Below, one piece after another: positions 40,601 to 48,533 of a stretch of 64,000 nucleotides of DNA; within the stretch, counting starts at the first letter, position 1, and each line of letters opens with the position of its first letter. The position numbers and the translations under genes were made by a program. The notes beneath the pieces were generated by a model, which ran no database searches, was not told the DNA's origin, and was given only the letters and a program-made list of their open reading frames with translations. The DNA comes from Chitinophagales bacterium (GTDB lineage Bacteria > Bacteroidota > Bacteroidia > Chitinophagales > LD1), in the NCBI GenBank assembly GCA_044228435.1, contig JBGAUW010000007.1, forward strand, positions 158,989 to 222,988. The letters are read 5' to 3'.

Positions 40601-42403
40601 GCCTGCCAATACACTATCGAAGGTAAAGGTGTAAGCAGTATCGCTACAAGCCGTTTGGCTTGCTGGGGCAGTTGGTGCACCGGGGGTAGTTACCCGTATT
40701 AGCCTTTTGCTGGCGCAGGCGGGGCTGTAAATATCCAGCTTGTTAGCGGTATCGGTGGCTACTATACTTAGGTTCCGGTTAATTACATAGTAAGTAGTGT
40801 TGCTATCTGGTGTTACGGTTATACTAGCGCCGCTGCCTATATAGCCTGTGCTGCTTAAGCAGCTTTTAATATACCAGTGGGTTTCGGTGCCATCGGCAGT
40901 ATCGGCGGTAAGGGTTACCGGTGCGCCAATGCACACGGTATCGTTACCAGCAATTAAAGCATGCCCGTTTACCCGTATGCCACCGGGGTTTTTAGGCTCG
41001 CGGCAGTAGTTAAAGCTAACCGGGTAGTTAGTTGCATACTTGTAAAATTTGTATTGCAGGTTGGTATCGCCATTAACTCCATAAAAAGCCGAGGTAACAT
41101 CGGTATTAGCCCCCAGTGAAGTATTAATAATAGTTGAGGTTGTAACCCAATTTTGATTATAAAACCCCAAATTGCCGCCAGCCGCATTGCGGATACGGAA
41201 CTTATAGCGGCCCTGCTGAAAGTTTAAACGCCCTTTCATCCATACATGGTAGTAGTTATTATCCATGGTAAGTCCACCTGTTTCGCCGGTGGCTGTTGGC
41301 GGCGTGCTGTTGAAGTTATAGCCGAATATTTTAGCGGTATCAATAAAACGGCCCCTATAAGTATATATGTTATTTGAACCGGTTTGAGGGTAGTTGGTGT
41401 TTAGGCTATCGTAAATGTAAGCGCTCCAGGCATTGTTGGTAAAACTTAAATCGCCATCGATTTTAACAACGGTAATATCCGCTTTAAGGCTACCGGTATC
41501 TTTCCATGTATGATACATCCAATCGCCAAAATTGGCATCGGTAGAATCGACCCAGAACACACCGGTTTTTTCGGGGTAGCTGCTTCCGTTGGTGTTATAA
41601 CGCAATATGTCGTATCCTGCACCAAGCCCGCCATGATAATTTACGGTTAGGTTATTGAGCGTGGTGCACCGCGCCACGTAATAGCCCCTACCGGTGTAAT
41701 AATGCATTTTGTAGTATAAATCAAAGGTATCCTGGTCGATACGGGTGCTATCAGGGCACATGGCGCAGTTATTATTTACCGGTGGCTGGGCGGTTCCAAA
41801 ATCTTTGGTAAAGTTTCGGGCTTCATCGGCATAAGAGCCCATGTAGTTAAGGGTGTTGTAAATGTTGTTGTATACCTTGTCGTATACATGCCCGCGCCAG
41901 CTATTTAAAGCATACGAGGATGGAACCGAATTTGTGCGGCAGCGAACACGGTAATAGAGGGTAAATGTGCCATTTGTACTATTAGAGCTATCGCCTAAAA
42001 CCCATACATACATGCGCTGATTTTGTTGCACAGGGTAGGTCCAATGCTCATCGTAGGCATTAGAGTCGCAATTATGATTATTGGAATTGCGCTTATCGAC
42101 TGCCGAAGTACTTACATTAGCGAAGTTCAGTTGTAAATCCTGGCTACTACAGGTATAAAACTCAAAAAACACATTACGGGTATCGCCGGTGGCGTAAAGT
42201 GTATCGTATACATACCAAAGGTGTTTACCGTTGCTGGTTACTGTTACACTTTTCCAGCCCGTACCCGCATAAAGGGTACCCCGTAGTGTTTGGTCGGTAT
42301 AATATCCGCTTCCGACACTCCCCTCGGTACCATAGCAGCATTGTTGGGCGATTGCTGAAAAAGAAGAAATAGATAAAAGAAAAAACAGTATTAATGAGCG
42401 CAT
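37700..42403 (-). CDS. N-terminal part of a large surface adhesin (PA14-like x2, Ig-like repeats, GH16-like domain); ends at an in-frame TAG
   Basis: Signal peptide from MRSLILFF (42403), four AP.AP...G.GG.Q.EW...W.RS Ig-like repeats and a GH16-like region (SDEFN...FHTYSM...VDYFRYY). It has no CTD of its own. Confidence 0.8.
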   Translation of the reverse strand: MRSLILFFLLSISSFSAIAQQCCYGTEGSVGSGYYTDQTLRGTLYAGTGWKSVTVTSNGKHLWYVYDTLYATGDTRNVFFEFYTCSSQDLQLNFANVSTSAVDKRNSNNHNCDSNAYDEHWTYPVQQNQRMYVWVLGDSSNSTNGTFTLYYRVRCRTNSVPSSYALNSWRGHVYDKVYNNIYNTLNYMGSYADEARNFTKDFGTAQPPVNNNCAMCPDSTRIDQDTFDLYYKMHYYTGRGYYVARCTTLNNLTVNYHGGLGAGYDILRYNTNGSSYPEKTGVFWVDSTDANFGDWMYHTWKDTGSLKADITVVKIDGDLSFTNNAWSAYIYDSLNTNYPQTGSNNIYTYRGRFIDTAKIFGYNFNSTPPTATGETGGLTMDNNYYHVWMKGRLNFQQGRYKFRIRNAAGGNLGFYNQNWVTTSTIINTSLGANTDVTSAFYGVNGDTNLQYKFYKYATNYPVSFNYCREPKNPGGIRVNGHALIAGNDTVCIGAPVTLTADTADGTETHWYIKSCLSSTGYIGSGASITVTPDSNTTYYVINRNLSIVATDTANKLDIYSPACASKRLIRVTTPGAPTAPASQTACSDTAYTFTFDSVLAGSGGDQIEWSKRSSFDTSFIVSSGSNINVTVNAGVGDTIYFRSRISATGCVSSAVNATLTSNANPSAPNAPAPQTVCSDTGVVFVFDSLAGAGANQLVWGIYPGFTYADTLSADSLWQVSINVGSADTFWLQSRVNTTGCVSGFTYTTIMVNLKPEPPTPPVPVTVSSDTTYTFKFVNLRPGYGGNQLEWTLDSSFTTSWFMTCYDTTIAGTDTSDCAISLAVDTQSSSLLWLRSIDTTTGCISNASSSIAIVTYVYQPEPITVDSIINVCVGTSATIKLPVSFHTHRYDLFTDTGKVYSAFGSDTTLYLTTGNVYTNTFFTLLNTDTASGDTTQPLSFLVTTIGAVDTNVYIEGDTLVYISDTALYTAGANNSIKAIYSIVSGNASVEALTGKVYGISDTAFILRATMYGPAGCGSTYADKPVKVTAIAAPVAPAPVKVYLDSATQVKTLVFNEINAGSGGNQIEWATNSAFIGSTKVNTATHPATITLTLSGATDTTLWLRTRNSSTGKTSKAAKTEIETLLPTLSAGLLDKSKWRLDETNSDEFNYAENSGQSMIYPENPQISTQVNAKWDLVFGSPTLKDNYCSRAAHTKPGIDARDIYLYDYADWQELDYIDNNALPCNTNISPLHGEAHEVGFSDDGICHIVATRLPDPGVTFDWGGYSKTYLYKSGILSSKFNYPVVNSLWEVRCKMPDPSFSSAGPAVWNFFGITDFCVFDGAGSYPDGSHHGTTQPVGDKELDLNCDGNKEDQGSCNINIVKQTPCNFWDDFHTYSMVSTGTEIFLFIDGKQTWSTTYADVDHARNEDAAISSCDSRLIAHRWPNAVYSGSTWEAPFYICLQVYDWNVPWAPTPTWTSCDFQVDYFRYYTPKNSINVSNPGAQILQNIAPSGEARTLETLNNNNAIDLPPTHYANNNKPLYIANTINNLTHDILNNTKIAHSNEPGLKKMYYVGTDHKLYNAYLSGPH

Positions 42404-42418
42404 AAGCGTGGGGTTTAA

Positions 42419-42467
42419 CCTCATCCATCTGCCTTCGGCATCTTCCCTCTCCTAAAAGAGAGGGAAG
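42419..42467. repeat. REP-like palindrome related to the 33620-33665 element
   Basis: CCTCATCC...TGCCTTCGGCA-TCTTCCCTCTC-ctaaaa-GAGAGGGAAGA. Confidence 0.5.
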
Positions 42468-42548
42468 AACGTTTTAGCTTGATATTGGTGGGTTGTTTAA
42501 AGAATAATTGGGTGTTTATCTCTATTATTTAATTATTAGTTAACTCCT

Positions 42549-43109
42549 CTATTGACAGTTAGTGCTGGCGGTTTGGCCTTGCAAATTGTAGTTAACCGGA
42601 ACGCAGTCGTCATCGGGCCCAACCAGCCTAAGCACTAACTGGTTGTTGGTGCTTACCAATGTTGCGAGGCTTTTGTTGCTTTGGTTAAAGGCTCCGTTGT
42701 TATTTGTGTCGAAGCTTAGTATTACATTTAATACATATTGACCGCTCGTGCCATTGGTAGTACCACTAAGTGCAATGCAGCCCGTTTGCCCCGAAACAAA
42801 AATATTATCGGCGGTACTGCTTCCCCAACAAAGGCCGCATGGTAGGTTGCTGATGCTTTCGATACGCATACGGTAGATGGTATCGGTGCCACCACCAAAG
42901 TTGATGGTTTCAAATACTTTAAAGGGTATTACGGCTGTTGTAGGTTGACCTTTTAGCAAGCAGGCGGTAAGGTTGGCTGCGCTAAAGCCGTCCAGTTCTT
43001 CTACCTGCGAAAAATCGCATTGATAAGCCGTGGAAGAATTACAGTTTTGAGAATACGAGTTGGAGCAAATGCCTGCTAAGAATAAGAAGGCAATAAGTCT
43101 GATAGCCAT
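42549..43109 (-). CDS. Secreted Cys-containing hypothetical protein (paralog of 62993-63574)
   Basis: Signal peptide (SYS|Q) and MRIESISNLPCGLCW...ADN.F..G..G...G.TN...GQY.L. Confidence 0.8.
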   Translation of the reverse strand: MAIRLIAFLFLAGICSNSYSQNCNSSTAYQCDFSQVEELDGFSAANLTACLLKGQPTTAVIPFKVFETINFGGGTDTIYRMRIESISNLPCGLCWGSSTADNIFVSGQTGCIALSGTTNGTSGQYVLNVILSFDTNNNGAFNQSNKSLATLVSTNNQLVLRLVGPDDDCVPVNYNLQGQTASTNCQ

Positions 43110-43414
43110 GTGGGTGAATTTAAAATCTAAATAAACGTTAATTGATTAATTCAATATTAACTGCATATTTCGCTTATGTCCTTTTTGTGTATATGTTTTT
43201 GCCCGTTTTGAATTGGGTTGTTTGGGACATGAATTAGGCTGTGATTAACAAATATTCGGGAAGGGTGGGTGTGTGAAAGTTTTAAAGGCAATGCACGTTG
43301 TATGCATTTTTTTAGCGCAAGACACTACAGCACGCAGGCGCGTAGCAGCTACTATAAAGCAAGGGGCGGAGCAGCACAGCCCCAAAACGTATTAGAGTTG
43401 GATTTGCTTGAAGA

Positions 43415-43636
43415 TTAATAGCAATACCCACAAGGGCCATAGCCTTTATCAACCGCCTGTTTAACGGTTACCGATTTAACCTCGTGCGAGCATTTTTTTA
43501 AGCCCTGGCAATAGTGCGAATGGTATTTGCTGGCGCCGGGGCTAATGCATATATATACCTTGTCATCCGCTTTAAAGGCAAGCATTACAATAATTGCCGC
43601 AGCGGCTGAAATTTTTCGGAGAAGGGATTTACTCAT
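43415..43636 (-). CDS. Small exported Zn-binding protein (Ada metal-binding-like C-terminus)
   Basis: Hydrophobic N-terminus, then VYIC...KYH...C.GL..C...A...GY.PC..C. Confidence 0.7.
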   Translation of the reverse strand: MSKSLLRKISAAAAIIVMLAFKADDKVYICISPGASKYHSHYCQGLKKCSHEVKSVTVKQAVDKGYGPCGYCY

Positions 43637-43810
43637 GCCCAAATTTAATAATAGCTTTTAAAATATTGGTAAGAAACGACCCTGTTTGGGCCTTTAAATA
43701 GTTGATATATCCACTGGCTTAACCGAATATTGTAATCGTAATTCAATTTCACCTGCTGTTAAATACCACCGCGCTATTTCAAGTAACCTTTTCTCAATCC
43801 GTTTTAGTTT

Positions 43811-43836
43811 GCCCGGTTAACAGCCGGGCTTTTTTA
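43811..43836 (+). terminator. Terminator-like hairpin with no + strand gene upstream
   Basis: GCCCGG-ttaacag-CCGGGC followed by a T6 tract. Confidence 0.5.
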
Positions 43837-43889
43837 TGGCTGTAATGTTGAGAAAACCATATAAACCAGAGTTAGTTGACGCAAACAAC

Positions 43890-43924
43890 AAAAAAGCCTG
43901 TAAGTATTTAACTTACAGGCTTTT
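43890..43924 (-). terminator. Hairpin immediately downstream of tRNA-Ser (terminator or att-associated inverted repeat)
   Basis: Perfect 14-bp stem AAAAGCCTGTAAGT-attta-ACTTACAGGCTTTT. Confidence 0.7.
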
Positions 43925-43932
43925 ATATAGTG

Positions 43933-44020
43933 CGGAGAGAGAGGGATTCGAACCCACGGTAGGCTCATCACCTACGGCTGTTTTCAAGACAGCTGCAATC
44001 AACCGCTCTGCCATCTCTCC
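43933..44020 (-). tRNA. tRNA-Ser (anticodon TGA)
   Basis: Acceptor stem GGAGAGA/TCTCTCC with discriminator G, anticodon arm GCTGT-CTTGAAA-ACAGC, long variable arm, GGTTCGAATCC T-arm. CCA is not fully encoded. A TATTTTTG -7 box lies at 44033-44026. Confidence 0.96.
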
Positions 44021-44129
44021 GTAGGCAAAAATAGAAAAGCGGCAAACATTGCCAAGGATGACACGATAAATATTTGCGTTTAAGTTAAAATAGTATGTTG
44101 ATTACCAATATTTCGGGGGATGGCGGTTA

Positions 44130-45113
44130 CTACTCCCCTTTCTTCTCAGCTGCGCTCAAGTCCAACTCTTTGGTGCGCAGGTTGCGGTTGTAATGTATGC
44201 TGGCATTAATTTCGTAGCCAATAAGCAGCACAAAGGCGTTTAGGTTTAGCCATATCATCAATAACATAATGGTACCGATAGAGCCAAAAATTACATTCAG
44301 CTTATTGAAGTTGCTTACCCAAAACGAAAAGCCTACCGATACCAGCACCGATAGCACGGTGGCTACGGTTGCGCCGGTGCTCATAAATTTATACTTCTTT
44401 TTAGTAGCCGGGCCATAGTAGTATATAAGCGATATGCCAAAAAATATCATTAGCAGTATTAATACATAGCGCAAAAAGTTGAAAAGAAAGTGCGTGAACT
44501 TGTTTTGTATATGCAGAATATCGAACACAAAGGCCAGGATATCTTGCCCCAAAATGATTAAGCCCAGCGAGAAGATAAAAAGGATAATAAGCAGAAAGGT
44601 AATTTGCAGGGCCACCAGGCGGCCGGTTATGGCATTGCGCTTTTTGTAATGGTCGTAGCCTTTATCGAAAGAGCTCATCATGGCCATTACGCCGTTACTG
44701 GTTAAAAATATAACCAAAAAGATAGACCCCGTTAAGAGTCCGCCACGTTTGTGTTTGGCAAGGTCTTGCAGCAAAGGCTCTATAAACGATTTAATAAAGG
44801 CGTAGGTTTCTTTATTGGGCAGCACCTGCTGCAGCAAATCGAGCACCTTGGTATCTAAATCGTTAAAGTAGGGTATGTAGGGTATTAGCGAAAATACAAA
44901 GGTAAGCGCCGGAAAAAAGGCCAGGAAGAAACTAAAGGCTATGCTTTTGCTGCGGGTGGGCAGCGAGTTACCCTGAATTTCGAGCACAAAAAACTTATAT
45001 ACATCCATTAGCGGTATACCATCAAAGCCGGGCAACGTAAATGTTTGCGCCCGCTCTGTTACCCGCTTTACTACCGGGTACCGGTCCCCTAATTCCTCCA
45101 AAATCTCGTTCAT
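44130..45113 (-). CDS. YihY/virulence factor BrkB family membrane protein
   Basis: IAFSFFLAFFP, IYYYGP and FGSIG..ML..IWL......L.G.EIN motifs with multiple TMs. Confidence 0.9.
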   Translation of the reverse strand: MNEILEELGDRYPVVKRVTERAQTFTLPGFDGIPLMDVYKFFVLEIQGNSLPTRSKSIAFSFFLAFFPALTFVFSLIPYIPYFNDLDTKVLDLLQQVLPNKETYAFIKSFIEPLLQDLAKHKRGGLLTGSIFLVIFLTSNGVMAMMSSFDKGYDHYKKRNAITGRLVALQITFLLIILFIFSLGLIILGQDILAFVFDILHIQNKFTHFLFNFLRYVLILLMIFFGISLIYYYGPATKKKYKFMSTGATVATVLSVLVSVGFSFWVSNFNKLNVIFGSIGTIMLLMIWLNLNAFVLLIGYEINASIHYNRNLRTKELDLSAAEKKGE

Positions 45114-45140
45114 CGTTATTAATTAGCGCAAAAGTAAAAT

Positions 45141-45545
45141 TTAATAGTAAGCGGCCATTTTATCCACCAGTATAGCAGGGGCGCTCTTTACTTTGCGGGT
45201 AACGGCATCTATAAATATTAATTGCGTTTCGCCCTCGTTTATTAGTATGCCAGCCTCGTTAAACACCTCGTAAGTAAAGGTAATAAGGCGGTGGGGGCGC
45301 GTAGGCACATAGGTTTTAATGGTTAGCAGCTCATCGTAATGGGCGGGGCGTATGTATTTAATGTTCATGCGGGTAATGGGCATCATTGTACCTGCATCTT
45401 CTATCTGCTTATAGGTAAGGCCCAGGTGGCGCATGGCCTCGCTGCGGGCCTGTTCGTAATAATAGCCATAGTTGCCATAGTATACATAGCCCATTTGGTC
45501 GGTATCGCCGTAGCGAACCCGTATTTTATGCTCGTAAGTAAACAT
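45141..45545 (-). CDS. Acyl-CoA thioesterase (YbgC/FadM family)
   Basis: IRVRYGDTDQMGYVYYGNY motif. ATG at 45545. Confidence 0.9.
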   Translation of the reverse strand: MFTYEHKIRVRYGDTDQMGYVYYGNYGYYYEQARSEAMRHLGLTYKQIEDAGTMMPITRMNIKYIRPAHYDELLTIKTYVPTRPHRLITFTYEVFNEAGILINEGETQLIFIDAVTRKVKSAPAILVDKMAAYY

Positions 45546-45610
45546 GGGGCAGAAATACGAATATCTTACAGTAATACAAAGTTGCAAACCCAACCCACTC
45601 CCTTTAACTT

Positions 45611-46468
45611 TTAGGATGGATTAAGGGAGGTATGTGCTCGCCTCGATTCCTTATATGCCTCCACAATCTTAATGGCCTCTACGGCCTCTTTTACATCGTG
45701 CACGCGCAATAGGTTGGCGCCATTTAGCAGGGCGATAGTGTTAGCCGCCGTAGTGCCGTTTAGGGCATGTGCAGGGTTTACGTGCAGCACTTTGCATATC
45801 ATCGATTTGCGCGATACCCCGGCCAGTAGTGGTAAGTTTAAGTTAGCAAAGTAGGGCAGGTTGCGCAGCAGCGTATAGTTTTGCTCTAGCGTTTTTCCAA
45901 AGCCAAAGCCAGGGTCCAGCACCAGGTCGGTAATGCCGGCTTTGGTACAGGCAGCAATGCGGGCGGCAAAAAAATCCATCACTTCCGTTGTTACATTTTC
46001 GTAAACGGGGTTTTGCTGCATGCTGTTGGGCAAGCCCTGCATGTGCATAATTATATAAGGTACTTTATGGCCGGCAACTACGGGCAGCATGGCGGCATCG
46101 AAGGTGCCGCCCGAAATATCGTTTATAATATGTGCCCCGGCTTTAAGGCACTCATCGGCTACATGGGCGCGGATGGTATCGATAGAGATAATAGCCCTAG
46201 GAAACCGCTTTAATATGTTTGTAACCTGTGGCACCACCCGGCGCAACTCCTCTTCTACCGTTATTATTTCGGCACCCGGGCGGCTGCTCATGCCCCCAAG
46301 GTCCAGTATATCTGCACCTTCTGCCAACATTTTTTCGGCCTGTGCCAGCACGCTGTTTTCATCAGTCAACTGGCCCCCATCGTAAAACGAATCGGGCGTT
46401 ACATTTAAAATGCCCATTACTTTCGGGCTGCTAAGGTCTAAAAGGTGTCCCCTAATATTTATCGTCAT
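45611..46468 (-). CDS. folP: Dihydropteroate synthase
   Basis: MGILNVTPDSFYDGG, SSRPG, DPGFGFGK, GVSRKS and RVHDV. Confidence 0.96.
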   Translation of the reverse strand: MTINIRGHLLDLSSPKVMGILNVTPDSFYDGGQLTDENSVLAQAEKMLAEGADILDLGGMSSRPGAEIITVEEELRRVVPQVTNILKRFPRAIISIDTIRAHVADECLKAGAHIINDISGGTFDAAMLPVVAGHKVPYIIMHMQGLPNSMQQNPVYENVTTEVMDFFAARIAACTKAGITDLVLDPGFGFGKTLEQNYTLLRNLPYFANLNLPLLAGVSRKSMICKVLHVNPAHALNGTTAANTIALLNGANLLRVHDVKEAVEAIKIVEAYKESRRAHTSLNPS

Positions 46469-46527
46469 GTTGGTAAAGAATCTTAATTCAACTACCGAAG
46501 TTATCATTCTATTATATTTTTGAACCG

Positions 46528-47070
46528 ATGGCGAATAATACTTCTACACAGTTTGATGAACAGATAAAAAAGTGCCGCGATATTTTTAGCAAAAAAACGC
46601 ACGACTATGGCACCAGTTGGCGGGTATTGCGACCAAAATCGCTAACCGACCAGCTATTTATAAAGGCCCAGCGCATACAAACTATTGAAGAGGCCACCAC
46701 CAAAATGGTAGATGAGGATGAGCGCTCGGAGTTTGCCGGCATTATTAACTACGCCATTATTGGCCTTATACAAATGGAGCTTAAGGAAGATAAGCGGGTA
46801 GAACTGGATGCGCAAGAGGCCATACAACTATACGATAAGCATGTGCAGGAAATTAAAGAGCTGATGCTGGCCAAAAACCACGATTACGGCGAAGCCTGGC
46901 GCGATATGCGGGTAAGTTCGTTTACCGATTTAATATTAATGAAACTGCTGCGCATAAAGCAAATTGAAGATAACAAGGGCAAAACCCTGATAAGCGAGGG
47001 TATAGATGCCGGCTACCGCGATATAGTGAACTACTCGATTTTTGCCTTAATAAAACTTAACGAAGCCTAA
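46528..47070 (+). CDS. DUF1599 domain protein
   Basis: Duplicated K..DYG..WR motif. Divergent from folP, as is typical in Bacteroidota. Confidence 0.88.
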   Translation: MANNTSTQFDEQIKKCRDIFSKKTHDYGTSWRVLRPKSLTDQLFIKAQRIQTIEEATTKMVDEDERSEFAGIINYAIIGLIQMELKEDKRVELDAQEAIQLYDKHVQEIKELMLAKNHDYGEAWRDMRVSSFTDLILMKLLRIKQIEDNKGKTLISEGIDAGYRDIVNYSIFALIKLNEA

Positions 47071-47105
47071 CCCTATTTAGTAATCACCAATAAATAAGTA
47101 ATAAA

Positions 47106-48533
47106 ATGACTGTTTACACCATTTTTGCCATAGTAGCAGCAGCGGCCTTTGTGTTGGCCCTTATCCGTTTTTTGGCTAAGCGCCCGCCCAACATCCTTAT
47201 TACCTTTTTGCAGGATTTTATTGGCTGCTTTTTCATTTTCTCGGGCTTTGTAAAAGCGGTAGACCCACTGGGTACCAGCTACAAAATGCACGAATACTTC
47301 GAAGCCTTTGGCAGCGAGGGTCTGCGCCCGCTATGGGAGTTTATGGCTAATTTTTCTACCAGCATGGCTATAATAATGATAGCCGCCGAACTGATTGTAG
47401 GCCTTACGCTTATTATAGGCTGGAAACCCCGCTTTACGGTAGGCATTATTTGGCTGCTTACCTTGTTTTTTACCCTGCTTACCGGCTATACTTATCTTTC
47501 GGGTTATGCTATTACCAAACCGTTTATGCTGGTATCGGCCGCTGTAATAGTAATGTTTGGGGCTATTGCTTTCCCTAAAAAACAAGCAACCCGGCTAACG
47601 CTAACGTTTGTATCGATAGGGCTGCTTATACTGGTATTTTTAACCAGCAAGTTTTCGGGCCTGTTTATATCGCCGGAGTTTGTAGAGGCTAAAATGAAAG
47701 TAACCGACTGTGGCTGCTTTGGTGATTTTATAAAGTTAAAACCATGGGAGACCTTCTATAAAGATGTGTTGCTGGATGTAATAATATTAGTGCTGGTGCT
47801 TAACGTTAAGCTGGTGCGCCCCTTGTTTAGCGGAGTTATACTAAATGCCACAGCGGCAGTAACCTCTGTTTTTGCTTTTGGTTTTTGCTTATACAACGTG
47901 TATATGAACGAACCGGTTATTGATTTCCGCCCCTATGCAATAGGCAACGATATAAACGAACTGCGCAAGGAGAAGAAACCGGCAAAAGTTGAGATGGTGT
48001 TTGTTTACCGCAGCAATAAAACAGGCCAGCCAAAAGAGTTTAGCTACGATGATGTAATGAAAGGCAAAATGGATTATGCCGAGTACGACAGTATGCTAGA
48101 GCGTAAGGATAAAGTGCTGGATCCGGGTATACCTGCAAAAATCACCAACCTGCTTATTGAAGATGAAGAAGGCCAACCTCTGGTGGATACGCTGTTACAC
48201 GACCCAAACTACTCTTTAATGGTAGTAAGTTACAGCCTGCATAAAACAGATGAAGAAGCATTTAAACAACTGAACGAACTTGCCGTTGCTGCCGAAAAGG
48301 CGGGAGTTAAGTTTTACGCAGTTACAAATAACGATGGACAGGTAGAAGAATTCCGCCACCGCAACCAAACTGCCTTTCCGTTTTACCATGCCGATGAAAC
48401 TCCGCTTAAAACTATCATCCGTAGTAACCCGGGGCTGGTATTGTTTAAAAACGGCGTGGTTATAAACAAATGGCATTTCCGCCATTTACCTACTGCCGAT
48501 GAATTGAATAAAAGTTACTTTTCGAAAAAATAA
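47106..48533 (+). CDS. DoxX/MauE-like membrane protein with C-terminal thioredoxin-like region (BT_3928 family)
   Basis: FIFSGFVKAVDP.G, VTDCGCFGD, IDFRPY..G and LKT.IRSNPG. Confidence 0.85.
   Translation: MTVYTIFAIVAAAAFVLALIRFLAKRPPNILITFLQDFIGCFFIFSGFVKAVDPLGTSYKMHEYFEAFGSEGLRPLWEFMANFSTSMAIIMIAAELIVGLTLIIGWKPRFTVGIIWLLTLFFTLLTGYTYLSGYAITKPFMLVSAAVIVMFGAIAFPKKQATRLTLTFVSIGLLILVFLTSKFSGLFISPEFVEAKMKVTDCGCFGDFIKLKPWETFYKDVLLDVIILVLVLNVKLVRPLFSGVILNATAAVTSVFAFGFCLYNVYMNEPVIDFRPYAIGNDINELRKEKKPAKVEMVFVYRSNKTGQPKEFSYDDVMKGKMDYAEYDSMLERKDKVLDPGIPAKITNLLIEDEEGQPLVDTLLHDPNYSLMVVSYSLHKTDEEAFKQLNELAVAAEKAGVKFYAVTNNDGQVEEFRHRNQTAFPFYHADETPLKTIIRSNPGLVLFKNGVVINKWHFRHLPTADELNKSYFSKK

Noticed and set aside
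33788-43930. Intact prophage
   Set aside because: Only a TerS-like gene is phage-like. There are no integrase, TerL, portal, capsid, tail or lysis genes.
43836-44024. 62-aa ORF (…AEREGFEPTV…)
   Set aside because: It is the antisense translation of tRNA-Ser and its downstream hairpin.
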